This document shows, one piece after another, positions 1 to 15,535 of a stretch of DNA of 64,000 bases. Within the stretch, counting starts at the first letter, position 1, and each line of letters opens with the position of its first letter. Source of the stretch: Octopus vulgaris (taxonomy: Eukaryota); the NCBI GenBank assembly GCA_951406725.2, contig OX597823.1, positions 83,700,001-83,764,000 of the forward strand. Direction: 5' to 3'. The translations under genes and the position numbers were made by a program. The notes below the pieces were generated by a model that searched no databases, was not told the origin of the DNA, and worked only from the letters and a program-made list of their open reading frames with translations.

Positions 1-128
1 TATATATAATAAAATATATATATATAGTAAAATATATATATATATATAAAATATATGTATATATATATAATATATGTATATATATATAATATATGTATAT
101 ATATATATATATACGCTTAACTGCTGGA

Positions 129-189
129 AATAGAAGGAGTCCTTATACAGGACTAGAACTAGTTCTAGTCCTGTAGAAGCTCCTTCTAT
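129..189. repeat. Palindrome within a short (TA)n-embedded element
   Basis: Perfect 30-bp palindrome TACAGGACTAGAACTAGTTCTAGTCCTGTA flanked by ATAGAAGGAG/CTCCTTCTAT. Confidence 0.85.
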
Positions 190-267
190 AAAATAAATTA
201 ATTTACTCTGCATGTATTTGGACACAGTACCTTATTTACTGGGGTTAACCCCGACTCAACCAGGACC

Positions 268-314
<47 letters not shown>

Positions 315-609
315 GAAATTGTGTATAAAATAATTTCAATAAGGATCAAATAATTCACGAAAAAATAATTTACGAAGATACCATTGACTCTATTATTATC
401 TAGTGTCTAACACTCAGAAACCGGTCCATGCAGAAATGATAATAATCAGAAAATCCACCTGTAATGTCATTGAAGACATGAAACGATTGTAGTGCGGTTT
501 ATTTCTTTATGCCTGTATTACTATATATAATATTTTACTATAAAATTGGATTTAATCCTAAATCTGATTTTTCCCTGTAAATTTGGATTTATTCCCTAAT
601 TATTATTAT

Positions 610-676
<67 letters not shown>

Positions 677-962
677 TATATTTATATAATAAATGAAGGA
701 AGCGGAAAATCAACTCATGGAAATATTTCTTTATTCATCACAACGGTCGTTTCGACCCATCCTGCATCGATCCCTTGTGGATAGAATACTATACAAGTGG
801 TTGTGTTGCATCTTCCGGAGCAGATGTCGGTGTCTTGTTTTAAAGAAGATATCGCTCTTAATGTACTCGATTTTGCTTGGTTCGATTGCACAGGTAGCCT
901 AAACAGCGAAAGCACTTTAATCGGCTCACTGCTAACTGTATACTCAAAGTCCAAGTAATTAC

Positions 963-1025
<63 letters not shown>

Positions 1026-1348
1026 AGAGAGGGAAATTTCATGGACTTCATATATATTATGAAATAATGTACATAATTTGAAATATCTGATAACATCAAG
1101 GGAATATATAGTATTATTGCTTGAATTTTGAATTAATGTAATCTTTCTGGGACACAATAAACTAGAATAAGGGCCAAACATTCAAATAGAGAAAACGAAG
1201 AAAATCCAGTCTTGCTGGATAATTAGATCTACTATTTCGTCTACAAAACAAATTCGATGAAAAATTCTCGTTTGAAGTCGAAACAACTGCCGAATTGCTG
1301 TCTGGGCACTCACAATAAAATCATATTCGACTGCTAGTGACAGTTGTC

Positions 1349-1380
<32 letters not shown>

Positions 1381-1557
1381 TGTATGTATGTATGTATGTA
1401 TGTATGTATGTATGTATGTATGTATGAATGTATGTTTGTATGTGTATGTACATAATACATATATACATATATATATTTACGTACACACACACAAATATAT
1501 GTATATATCATGTATATATCTATCTATATATAATATATATATACATACATACATACA

Positions 1558-1623
<66 letters not shown>

Positions 1624-1918
1624 TGTATGTATGTAGGTGCGTGATAAATTTCGATATAAGGTTGCGTTCTGAATGAAGTTGCGATCCATAATAAATTTGC
1701 TCGATTATATTTTACCTTTCATATTTCATAATTCATGAATATCTATTGATCTTACTTATCGATCGTTGAAACGCTTGTAAAGTATACGAAATTAACGACA
1801 CGCCAACAGCTTTCTTCCCCTTATTGTTTCATACTATGTATATTTCTCTGTGTGCGTGTGTGTGTGTATAAATATATATTTGTATGTATGTATGTATGTA
1901 TGTATGTATGTATGTATG

Positions 1919-1974
<56 letters not shown>

Positions 1975-2103
1975 ACTCTATCTATCAATCTATCTATGTA
2001 TCTGTGTGTGTATAAATATATATTTGTATGTATGTATGTATGTATGTATGTATGTATGTATGTATGTATGTATGTATGTATGTATCTATCTATCTATCTA
2101 TAA

Positions 2104-2161
<58 letters not shown>

Positions 2162-2184
2162 ATATCACTCTATCACTCTATCTA

Positions 2185-2271
<87 letters not shown>

Positions 2272-3239
2272 ATAAATAGATAGACGGATATATATATAGA
2301 GAGACAATCAACAAGTACACTATATTATATGGTTAATTGAATAACTGTCTGTAGTTCAACAAGGACTAAGATAATTAATGATGTGTAGCTCTGAACATTT
2401 AAATCTCACTTACATTTAAACAGCCCCAGCAACAATTAGCTTGATTGAAGTTGTTTAAACTCTGGTCGTTCTTGGTTTAGGATTTACTTGACCACAAGCA
2501 ATCCAGCCATGATTACCCCATCTGTTTAAAGCATTGATTCTCAATCATTTTTTTAATCTATCGACCTCTTTGATTATTATGGTCAATCATGAACGAAGGG
2601 GCCTCAGCAACGTGTTGTTATTACATCGGAAGATTAACAGTTACAGGTTTATAGAAATAGCTGCTAGTGAGTTCGATGCGATCAGTTATCAATAATACAT
2701 TATTCGTAGAGAATTACTTTATATTTAATGTAACCAATTGAAAATATATATTTCGATATATTCCGATTGATATCTAGAAATGTGCCAATGCTAGAGAAAA
2801 TGATTAAACTTTGCAGCGACACATGGGGACATTCGTGTTATCTCAAAAATGCTGCATGAAGAAAATTAATACTGTATATGGGACTCAGTTCACTAGTTGT
2901 TAGTTTGATTCCCTCTTAAGGAAATGTGACCCCAGAGTAATCTGTAGAGGTTAGACAACTGAATTTGATCGTTGGGTTATCACTAAAGATTCAGTCATCA
3001 TACGGGCATTGAGTGTGGCATCAGAATTTGTTACTTGAATCAACTAATCATGAGTTAAATTTAACGGAGCGCCCTGTGATTAATTTTTAACTGAGTTATC
3101 AATACTAATATGGCTGCTCTGTATCCTTCCTTGTGAATACCTACTCTAACGTTGTAGACACAACACAAAAGTAGTAGCATAATACGGAACCTGAGCTGGT
3201 ATTCAGTAACCAGCAATATCTTACGAGTGATTAAATATC

Positions 3240-3602
3240 CTTTTCTATTCTAGGCACAAGGCCGAAAATGTTTGGGAGGGAGCCAGTCGATTACATCAAC
3301 CCCAGTACGCAACTGATACTTAATTCATCGATCCCGAAAGGATGAAAGGCAAAGTCGACCTTGGCGGAATTTGAACTCAGAAAGAAATACCTATTTCTTT
3401 ACTACCCACAAGGGGCTAAACACGGAGAGGACAAACAAGGACAAACAAACGGATTAAGTCGATTATATCGACCCCAGTGCGTAACTGGTACTTAATTTAT
3501 CGACCCCGAAAGGATGAAAGGCAAAGTCGACTTCGGCGTAATTTGAACTCAGAACGTAACGGCAGACGAAATACGAAAACTTTTCTGCCAGCTCGCCGCC
3601 TT
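3240..3602 (-). mobile_element. Nin/Deu-domain tRNA SINE, dimer
   Basis: Minus-strand head GGCGGCGAGCTGGCAGAA...GAGTTCAAAT and core GCCTTTCATCCTTTCGGGGTCGATAAA..AGTACCAG; two bodies with different tails. Further family copies at ~7915-8125, 20445-20810, 22790-23160, 30525-32118, 33510-33720, 51636-51847, 54265-55020. Confidence 0.85.
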
Positions 3603-4636
3603 TAAAATATTAATAGATACAGAGGGTCGATTCAAACTAGTTAGAAATGGAACTATTCTGAATTTTAACGGTTTTTATCTTGTCCTGGAATTTGTAATGT
3701 ATTCGTGACTATTATTTAGATTTTAATTGGTGATTTTGTCTAGTTCTGTATAGACAAACAAACATAGATGAAGTGCAGTGTAACTCTGAGAGGTATGTCA
3801 GCGCTGTAAAACTAACAAGCGTTTCGTTAATTTCAGTGTTGAATTCAATACCTTCTGCAGTGTTTAATCCAAGAACGTAGCCTGCATGGTCATTCGTATC
3901 GCTAAAATAGCAGATAAATCTGTCCTCATATAATAACCAACAATTGCAAAGGAAAGACACGTTAAAGAATGTAGTTTAAGGCACACAAAGTTTGACAGAA
4001 GAGCGAATCGATATGGCTGAAATGCCTCTCAGGACAGATGCATTTGATCATGCCTTACCTGGAAGTTTACAGCAACAAAAACAACAAGAGCTGGAAGGGA
4101 TTTGGTTACCACCAAGCAGATTTAATTTTGATATTAGATACGAATATGATGTCGTCAGCGGTGTTTCCATGGCCAAATAGTTTACAAAATATACCGTTGT
4201 AAACACAGTAATTGTTAGACGACGGGAGAATCTATCATCGTCACATAATCACTTCATTTTAATGCAAAGTGGAGAGTTCGTGGGTTGGTTAATAAAGTCA
4301 CTGGTTGTGAGAAGCAGAAAGTCTAACGTTTCGGACTTCTCTTCTTCAACAGAGAGTGCAAAAAAAAGTTATTCGTCTACATATTCATTCCACATTGCAC
4401 AAACTCTCCTGTTAATTTAACGTCGCTGACACACACTTTAGCCGGTCTACCAGAAATCCAGATTTTATCGCGTGTAATTGAATATAAGTTGCTTTCAATA
4501 CTGCATAAGGCTTAAATACAATTCTGTTGACCATAATTTTGGTAACATTCACGATGCGGTTGTGTATTTTAATTAAAGATGTGAAATGACTTTTGTAGAG
4601 TACATAATATTAAACACTTCCGGAATAGGTGGTACT

Positions 4637-5006
4637 ATGGCAAAAATACGTCACGATGTGTTACCGCTACTGTATATAACTCACTTTGATATTTATCATT
4701 GTTTGATTTCACTTTTTCAATATCAGCGACAGTGGACGCTGGAAAAAGTATAAGTATTTGTGAAGGAAATCTAATTCTCGGCGACAACTATGATTGTCAC
4801 ACGCTGATGAGAGGTCAATACCTCGAAACTCGAGTCCGTGTGTATCATAAGTTGAAGACGGGAAGGATGACTTCCCTTTGCAAATACTGACAGGACACAG
4901 ATAGTGTGCCTATGGCCAGCTGGAGGAGTGTGTCCTCCTGGGGCTAAAAACTACAGTAGCATCCACCCTTAGGGGTTAGCCATATTGAAATGGCAAAAAT
5001 ACGTCA

Positions 5007-5010
<4 letters not shown>
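4637..5010 (+). mobile_element. ~353-bp HHR-containing unit with 21-bp terminal direct repeat (Penelope pLTR/retrozyme-like)
   Basis: ATGGCAAAAATACGTCACGAT at 4637-4657 and 4990-5010 flanks the hammerhead; the unit runs directly into (TA)n. Confidence 0.65.
4798..4842 (+). ncRNA. Type I hammerhead ribozyme (intact minimal motif)
   Basis: cacacg-CTGATGA-gagg(tcaata)cctc-GAAAC(tcga)GTC-cgtgtg: 6-bp stem I, 4-bp stem II, short stem III with palindromic loop, GUC cleavage triplet. Confidence 0.9.
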
Positions 5011-5053
<43 letters not shown>

Positions 5054-6663
5054 TATATAAATAATCCTCCAAGCGAGTTCTTTGTTTAATAAAGCTTTGT
5101 TAGACAATTGTGTTTTTGTAGAAGAAAAGAGAAATGTGTATTTGTGTGTGAGTGGGTGTAGATGTGTGTGTTTGCATGTGAATGTATATGTTTATGTGTA
5201 GCATACATTTTAAGTATTCGGTTCTAGTTTAGAAAATGTACAATCACGAACGTTACTGCGTATTGATCATGTGAAATTGAGTATTTTGAAAAACAAATCT
5301 GCGTGCAAACAATAATCTAGTTATGAAACATATGATCTAGTTTTAAAAGAAGCGAACGTGCACAGTGAAGGTGAATCTGCTCAAGTGTGGATAGTTACTG
5401 TTGTACAAAGTTTTAATTCAGAAAAATAAAGATGTTAGTTAAAAAAAAGTGAGCGTGGATATCGTAGTCAGTATTTATAGATATTACTCTAAACAATATC
5501 CATGGAATCTTGAAACAGGCAACAGAGAAAGTTGTGGTTTTACTGGGTAGCTGTTTACGAGACGACAGACATTGATAGATACAGCTCAACTGTTGATATT
5601 TTTACGTGCTATGAGCGTATAAATTATATGGCTAACGATATCCAGATATTGAAACAAACTGCATCGTAATTTATTCTATGGCTGTATATGAGACAATTAA
5701 GGCAGCAAGCTGACAGAATCATTGGAACATAAAATGCATTGCAGCATTTCCCGCAGTTCATTATTTTCTGAACCCTTCGAGGTCGATAAAATAAAGTACC
5801 AGTCAAATACTGGTGTCGATGTAATCTACTTGTCCACGTCTCTGAAATTTGTTGGCCTTGAATCCCGCACCGGACCGGCACCTATTTTCAGTCGAATGCT
5901 GTGCTGTCGGTTACTTTATACGCCCTGGAAACCGAGTAACCAGCCTTATAAGCTTTAGAGTCGAAGAAATATATACGCAGTTGTTGATATTTGTAAGTCG
6001 ATTAACGACTAATTTTACGATACCAGGTGAGTTACTGGCTTTAAAATCGATGCGTGAAACAGCTAGCGACGATCAACGTTCTTTTCTAGGTTCAATTGGG
6101 AATAAATGATTGTAATTAACGGTACGAACAACGGACTATTTACGAATGGTGCTCCATCAACGACAGGATCTTAAAATGACTTTTATTTTAATCGAGAAAA
6201 GAATTGGAGAAATGTGAACCTGATTTTCATACCTTAATAATGTGTCGTTGTCTTATTTACCTACAAAATATGTGTATGTTCTCTAAAAATAAGCAATATG
6301 ATATAGGCGGTAATGATATGTATTAACATAACGAAAGATACAGGATTGAGTCACATAGAATATAAAGCCATCTCGAAGGATCTCGGAGCTGCGATTTAGT
6401 GTACTGTTTTAAGGTTCACTGATTAAACTAAAAGAAAAACAAGTATTTCTATGCAAATTAAGTTGAAATGCAACTCTTTCAGGAGCAGACGTAGCTGTGT
6501 GGTAAGATGCTTGCTTTCCATCCATATCGTTCAGTTCCACAGTGAAGGATATCTTCTACAATATCCTCCAGCCGACCAAAGCTTTGTGAGAGGATTTCGT
6601 AGACGGAGAGGTATGTCTTGTGTGTTTGTGTGTGTGTGTATATATATATATGTGTGTGTGTAC

Positions 6664-6824
<161 letters not shown>

Positions 6825-7021
6825 ATAATTAATGAATTATTATTATTAATTAAAAATTTGACAAACCTCTCTTATAGCTGTTTCAGTTTAAGACCTTCAG
6901 AACATTACTTAATGAAATTAAAATTTAAAATTATTTGGAATCTCGTCAGAGGTAGTTTAAGATATACAAAATAGGTGTTCAATTCCTGCATGTTGAGTAA
7001 ACGGCTGCAAACCGTTAACTT

Positions 7022-7106
<85 letters not shown>

Positions 7107-8982
7107 GTACGTATGTATGTATGAGTGTGCGTGTGTGATCGTGTGTGTTCTATGTGTGTGTGTGTGTGCGCACGGTTGACCCCCACCACCGCTTGGCATG
7201 AGGCGTTGGTTTGTTTAAGCCCCCGTAACTTTGCGGTTCGGCAAAATACGACCGATGGAATAAGTACCAGGCTTTCAAAAATAAGAACTGGGATCGATTC
7301 ATTCGACAAAGAGTTCTTCAACGTGGTACTCCAGCTTGGCCGCAGTCTGACGACTGAAACAATCTATAAAAGAAATATAGCTATTAAAGGCATCACAGAA
7401 GGAAAAGTGGATATGCCATTTGCCATCTTGGGTCGATGTCACTAATCTCATAAATGATCTGGTTACAGGAATCGAAGTAACTTCAGTAACCTCACTTGCC
7501 AATATCAGCAGCTTGGAATCAATACTGCAATTGTCTGCAGCTTAACCGAAAATAAACATTGCGTTGTACATTTGTACATTTTCCAACTTTCAAAGAACAG
7601 GAAACAGAATCGGTGGCGATGAAGACTACAAAGTCTTCAGTTCCAGTGTTTTGGATTAATTTCAAAAGAGGTCTTGAGATTTGCAATATCCCAGTTTCGA
7701 ACTACGAATATGTAAAACTCTCTTTGGTGTGATGCCAGAGCCAGATAAAGCTTCTGATTCTTCGCTGAAATATTTATTTACCATCGAGTGTTACTTTCAT
7801 ATAAAAAATTGAATGGCTTAGCAGTTTTGAAAGCTTGTAAATTCGATGGAGCAGGAAAAAAAAAGATATTAGCTTTTGAGTAATTTAACCAAGAAAAACT
7901 TACTCGCTAGTCTTTCTACGAAAGGCACAAGGCCTGAAATTTGGTTGCGGGGCCTAGAGTCGATTACATCAACCCCAATGTTTAACTGGTGCTTAATTTA
8001 TCGACCCCGATAAGATGAAAAGCAAAGTCGACCTCGGAATAATTTGAACTCAGAAAGTCAGGATGGGCTAAATGCTGCTAAGTATTTTCCCCGGCGTGTT
8101 AACGGTCCTGCCCACTCGCCGCCTTATTCTTACGGATAATAATAGCGAAGGCTATGCTGATGACGGCTATACAGTTGGAGATATCTCCTTTGTTCGACCA
8201 GAGAATAATTGTACATAACTCTAAATTATTTCTCCTGATCATTGTATCAAACCCTACTGAGATTTTTTCTATGTTAAAAACCGTGGAAATCAACCGTGGA
8301 AATAAATGAACCCACCTTATAGATAAGATAAGAATAAAGATAAGAATAAATCTTGCAAACCATCTAACATGTTGGAGCATTCAAAACCACACCAAACCAA
8401 AACCAAAGCCAAATTAACGTATTTGATGGCATAAAAGACAGACGCGTATATTAGACGTACAAGAATTTCAGCGGTGCATATTCAAGAAAATATGTCTTTA
8501 GTGCATTAAAACATGCAGGATGCATATAGAACCCAAAGGGAATTTTTTAAGATGTTTTTTAAGTGCGTATTAGATGCACTCACATTACAGCAGCGCATAT
8601 TCAGGATAAAATGTTTTTACTGCTTTAAACCTTATGAGGAACCCAACTTCGTATATAGGACTGGGGCGAATTTTGAGAATTTTTTCTTTTTGGTTTTTGG
8701 AATAGAAAGTGTCTCTTATATACCATCAGATACAGTAATTTTACGTTGGTAGACGAGAGGGCTGACGTGCATTATCATTAAACAATATGAGCGGGTATAA
8801 AGGGTATCAGAGGAAGGAAGCACTAATGTATCTTTCTCCTCATACCGGATGATATACCGATATGCCATGGTGCAAATAGTAAAATAATAGATTTTGTGGA
8901 TGTCGTGTTTAGAAACATCGAGAAAACGTGAAATAATTTGTTTGAACTTGAAGTAGAAAAGCTATAAATAACAGCGTGTAAA

Positions 8983-9380
8983 TCTTTATATATAAAAGTG
9001 AAGTTGTGTGTCTGTCTCCTACGATTTTGATTCCTAACTACTCCCACATTTTGCAGTGCAGTGTAACCAAAAGCGGGTATCTTATAGTCGTGATTCATAT
9101 TGAGCCCTTCTGGGTATTAGCGCGCGTCTACGATGAGTCTACGATTTAAAAAAAAAAATTACCATCATTTTCCCCCATTTTTTAATGCATTTTTTTTGCT
9201 ATTATATAAGGGAAGTAACTCTCTAAAAATGTATTATTAAATCTCAGAACGTAAAAAGCTACAGTAACACCCCCTTTTGTGGTTAGCCATATTGAGATGA
9301 CAATTATACTTTACATCTCTAAAAATGCTTATATAGTTATTTCCCTTACAAACCCGAGCAACGCCGGGCGATACTGCTAG
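8983..9380 (+). mobile_element. Non-autonomous Helitron
   Basis: 5' TC start (A|TCTTTATATATAAAAG), subterminal GC hairpin CCCGAGCAACGCCGGG at 9353-9368, 3' CTAG followed by T; inserted between A and T with no TSD. Confidence 0.85.
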
Positions 9381-10261
9381 TAAGCCATAAATAAGAGTGT
9401 GCATTGAATTAACAAAAACATCTTTGGAAAGAAAATGACCAAGGCTGCCCATGGGACACGAATCCATATAATTCTGCCAACATGACAAATGTTCGAGATT
9501 TTTAAACTCAAAATTAACACGCTATTATGTATAGCATTTCTTTTTCGATTCCAACTGTTAAAAACGAATTACTAATTTCATTTCTTTTAAAACTATGTTG
9601 AAAATTTGCAATTTTCCACTGTCTCCTTTGTTACAAGAAAATAAATTGTTTATATCGATAGCAATTAATTAAATTGCTTTCATAAATAGAATAGACAAAA
9701 AAAAACCCATGCTATATTTAATTTAGTTATGTGATTTGCTCTGAGAGAGATGCCTTGATAAAAACGGAATATTTTATCAATTATTGCACAACCAGCATTT
9801 ATGTCTTTCTGACCCGTCCATGAAACAATGGGATGGTCTCGATATGGGCACTATCATTTAAGTTTTGCTAGGGCGTTAAATGGATTTCTTTAAGCGATGT
9901 CGTACTTCTAATCTTAACACCACATACATTCTACGTTTCAGTATTAAAAGCTTTATAACTAATTAGTCAATGAATGCATTCTATAAATTCAATTACGGCT
10001 GCTTTGTATGATCTTACGGTGCACTTTCCTGTTATAAACACCACATGAGTGTCCTGCAATTTCTTATTGAAGAAACTATACAGATGATTCGCTTATAGTG
10101 ATCAAATGTCTGTGATATACATTAGCTCACTCCATCCATCAAATCGACATTGCTTGTACCGGTGCACGGTGTGTACCAAACTTTAAATATCAAAGTGAAA
10201 TGAAATGTTTTGTTCTGAACACAAAAGCATCACCCATTTCGGGTATCAAAAACGTGAGATT

Positions 10262-10875
10262 CGTTTCTGCTCTAGGCACAGGACCCGAAATTTTGGGGGA
10301 AGGGGCCAGTTGATTAGATCGATCCCAGTACGCAACTGGTACTTAATTTATCGACCCCGAAAGGATGAAAAGCAAAGTCGACCTCGGCGGAATTTGAACT
10401 CAGAACTTAAACACAGACGAAATACCGCTAAGCATTTCGCCGAACATGCTAACGTTTCTTATTTGATTATTGCCCGCAAGGGGCTAAACATAGAGGGGAC
10501 AAACAAGGACAGACAAAGGGATTAAGTCGATTAGATCGACCCCAGTGCGTAACTGGTACTTATTTAATCGACCCCGAAAGGATGAAGAGCAAAGTCGACC
10601 TTGGCGGAATTTGAACTCGGAACGTAAAGACAAACGAAATACCTATTCCTTTACTACCCACAAGGGGCTAAACACAGAGAGGACAAACAGGGGCAGACAA
10701 ACGGATTAAGTCGATTATATCGACCCCAGTGCGCAACTGGTACTTATTTAATCGACCCCGAAAGGATGAAAGGCAAAGTCGACCTCGGTGGAATTTGAAC
10801 TCAGAAAGTAGCGGCAGACGAAATACGGCTAAGCATTTTGCCCGGCGTGCTAACGCTTCTGCCAGCTCGCTGCCT
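10262..10875 (-). mobile_element. Nin/Deu-domain tRNA SINE, trimer
   Basis: Three tandem bodies; internal junctions at 10461 and 10645 where the second tail type abuts a truncated head. Confidence 0.88.
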
Positions 10876-11302
10876 TCTCGAAAACGTGATATTGCGATCG
10901 TAAGTGATTTCCCTGACCACCAGGCTTTGCACATATCTACAAAGTGGTGAATTCCGAGATACGTTATTTTTTTCTGCAAAAATTAAATCTGCAACTTTTT
11001 ATGTGTTTCTAATTCGGCTCCTGTACTAAAAAGGTCCCCCATGTACGAAATCTTCTTCAAACCACCTTTTAGTTGTGTCAGTCATTTAACTCCGGCCATG
11101 CTGGAACACTGCTTTGAAGAATTTTTAGTCGAATGAATCGACCCGAGTAATTATGTTTTTAAAGACTGGTATGTATTACGTCGGTCTTTTTGACGAACCG
11201 CTAAAGTTACAGGAACATAAATATATCACGGTTCTCAAGCCATCATGGAGAACAAAGACAGGTGCACACACAGAAATATACATAATTACAAACGTACATA
11301 TT

Positions 11303-11364
<62 letters not shown>

Positions 11365-11366
11365 CT

Positions 11367-12304
<938 letters not shown>

Positions 12305-12595
12305 AATATATATATATAAGTATATATATACTTATATCTATAATTATATAAGTATATATATACTTATATCTATAATCATATATGTATATATATACACATA
12401 CACACACACATATATATATACGTAATATATATATATATATACATATATGTGTGTGCCTGTATATAATACTCACAAATACACACATACATGCATCTATCTA
12501 TCTATTTACAGAAAAAATATGCATATATATGTATGTGTGTATATACATGTGTTTGTATGTATGTATGTATGTATGTATGTATGTATGTATGTATG

Positions 12596-12626
<31 letters not shown>

Positions 12627-12939
12627 ATGTGAATGCGCGCGCACGTGCTTGCATGTGTGTTACATAGAGATAGTGACAGCTATCGATTCACCGGGCGAAA
12701 AGATCAAATTAGGTTGGTGGCCTTAATGCCCCTCCTACATCTCTCTCTCTCTCTACCTCTCGCTCCCTCTCTCTGCATCTCAGTCCCTCGCTGCTTCTCT
12801 CTCCCCCTCTTCTTCCATACTCCTTTCTCTCTTTCTCTTTACACACTCTTGATATCTCTCTCTGTCTGTCTGTCTGTCTGTCTCTAGTTCTCACACACTC
12901 AATACCGGCGACATTAACTAAGTGTAAAGTTACTTGCAA

Positions 12940-13488
12940 TGATCACGCGGTGACGTTGTGATTGAAGAGGAAGGACAGTGTGAGAGAGAAAAAACAAATG
13001 AAAGAAAGGAAAAAAAAAGAGAAAGAAAATAAGTGAAAACGAACATAAAGTCAAGTGTGGGAGTAGGAGTGATGTAGGAGTGAAGTAGGAGTGAAGTAGG
13101 AGTGAAGTAGGCGGTTTTCAAAACGATAACCTTCACCTTTCGGTCGGTTCATGTTGTCGAAAACTGGAAACTACAGCATTGGCTATCGTTGTAGTGGTGG
13201 TGGTGGTAGTGGTGGTGGTAGCATTAGTAGCAGTCGTAGTGGTACATAGTTATAATACTTATCAGGTCTATCTATAAAAGTGCTCAGTTATCAAAGAGGA
13301 ATGCAAGCGAACATTTGTTCTCCGTATTCCCATACGTAGCTCATGCTAGTGAACCGGTTAACTTATCTCAGCAAAAGCTAATTTATATGTTCGGTTAAGA
13401 GAGCATTTTTCTTTTGTTTTAAAGAAAAACAATTGAGTTTACAATTCACTCGCTTTTGTCTCTAACGGTTATTCTGTGAAACAACACC
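12940..13488 (+). promoter_or_regulatory. Putative promoter/5'UTR of the host gene
   Basis: Unique sequence upstream of the proposed ATG, with CACGCG and TGACGT motifs at ~12944-12956, an 11-bp tandem (GTAGGAGTGAA, ~13062-13110) and (GTG/GTA)n runs. The transcription start cannot be determined. Confidence 0.35.
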
Positions 13489-13493
13489 ATGTT
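13489..13493 (+). CDS. Probable first coding exon (ATG TT|gtaagt) of a host gene
   Basis: caccATG start context followed directly by the consensus donor GTAAGT at 13494. Phase 2 matches the acceptor at 15535/15536, giving ATG TT|C CCT GAC = M-F-P-D. The upstream ~12940-13488 is unique sequence resembling a promoter/5'UTR. Confidence 0.6.
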
Positions 13494-15287
13494 GTAAGTT
13501 GATTGCACATTTTTTTTTCCTTTTTCTATTTTCAAAGAATTTTTATGTTTTATTTTACATTTTTGCTTTCTTTCTGTCGCAATTTAATCTTTATTCTTTT
13601 AGATTTTCTATTTTCGAATTTCAAATATGTCCTTTGTTTTCCTTTCCATTTTATTCTTCCTCTATTCTTTCTTTGTTCTTCTCGTTCAAGAGCGCCTTTG
13701 AAAAACTTAGAAACCTATGCTCTCGATTAGCTAAGAACATTGCACCAGCTTAGGATTTTCCCCTGGTTTATAAGGTTTCGGGTCATTTGATTGCCATTGA
13801 GGGAAGAATTCCACATTATAATAATGGTTTCAAATTTTGGATCAAGGCCAGCAATTTCGGGAGAGGATATATGTCAATTACATAGACGCCGGTGCAAGTT
13901 GAACCAAATATTATCGTGATGATTTTTGATGTATGAATTAAGGATTTGCGTCCTCCACAACCAGATTCCAAGTTCAGCTATACTTCGCCCTAAATGGGCT
14001 GATGTGTACCCTGTTACTCCAATATTAATAGGTATGAAGCTGAAAGTGTATCTTGGATACTGGATTTGCAAACTCCTTATCATATGGATGTATGCATGAA
14101 TTTTGATTAATGTAATTCAGTTAAAGGGAACCGAAAACTCCTATGCTAAAATCGCAAAAATCACTTTTATTGCTGTGGAAATGAAGAAATATTATTAGCA
14201 TTTATATCTGCTATAACTATTTTGTCAGCTGTCCTGTTTCCTGACCGAACTAATAGATAGGTTTTAAAATAGATTAACAGGAAACTTTGATAACTTTTAA
14301 AATAGATTAAAACAAGAAACTTTGAATAACTTTGAAATAGATTAACTTAACTAAGGAAAGCTTGAAAGAGATAATCCAAAAGTGCATATCATTTGCAATA
14401 ACTATTCTTTTGTTTTATCAGTAGTCGAATACGGAAAGGATGGAGAAGCCCCAAAGCTTTCGAATCCTCTGGAACAGTAGATATATTTATGGAGATTAAT
14501 GCAATTGATAATCAGTTTGAGCTTATGCATGCTGATATATATATATATATGAAAACATTCATTTCCCGCTATCTCCACCTGCAGCAGAATGCACACTAAC
14601 ATGAGATTTTTGCCTCCATAGAATGTAGGGGGAATGGGGCTAGTCTATTGTATTGACCCCACTACATAACTGGTACTTATTTCATCGACCTCGAAAGGAT
14701 ATGCCCAATGTTAGTTCCATCAGCCATACCCTTCTGTGCTGGGTTAGGGAATGTTGCAAAAGGGTATTAATTTAGAAGTTTTCCTTCTTCGACAATGATT
14801 GCTTTTACCTCAGCTAAGGAGCTCATTCCATCCTTACAAAAGTGTACTTAACTCATAGATGGGACCCTGACAAATATTACCGTTCCGGGTCAGAACGAAG
14901 CTGGAAGTAATGGTAATTAAGGAGTAGTTTCATGCTCCTCACGACGCCAGAACTCCTGAATGCATTTTCATGTCATACTCAAGACATATGAAAGAGAGAT
15001 GGCTTAGGAGAAGTTGCAAGCATTAAGAGGAAAAGTGGATTTGCTTGTTTAGTATTAGATTTGAAGTTGAATTTGGATTGCAGCCAGGGTTTTTTTACCC
15101 AAAATTCGCCATTATACAGTTTTGTGTGTGCGCGCACATACACGCACATATACACCGGGGATCTATATAGTCTCCTTCAAACAAATTCATTCACAAGGTA
15201 TTGGTTAATCAGAACTGTTGCAGAAGGCGCCTACCCAAATTGTCATGCAATGAGATTGAGCTCGAAGCTATTTCTTAACTAGCCGGT

Positions 15288-15358
<71 letters not shown>

Positions 15359-15535
15359 GTGTGTGTGTGTCTGTGCATGTGCGTGCGTGTGCTCATACAT
15401 CTCACACACACACACACACACACACGTGAAAACGAAAATTTATCTCCCATTTTCTTAGATTTCTTCAGCTATCGTTTCTACTATGATTTGCAAAACGTTT
15501 TCCTGAATTCACTTTTCTCTTTCATTTCCTTCCAG

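Noticed and set aside
417-760. Half hammerheads GAAAC(cg)GTC at 417 (+) and GAAAC(gacc)GTT at 741-753 (-)
   Set aside because: No matching CTGANGA half with closing stems was found.
1182-2279. Numerous ORFs of YIYI/MYVC/LSIY/HTHT/ERER type here and throughout the window
   Set aside because: They are translations of microsatellites that lack stop codons; no coding signal.
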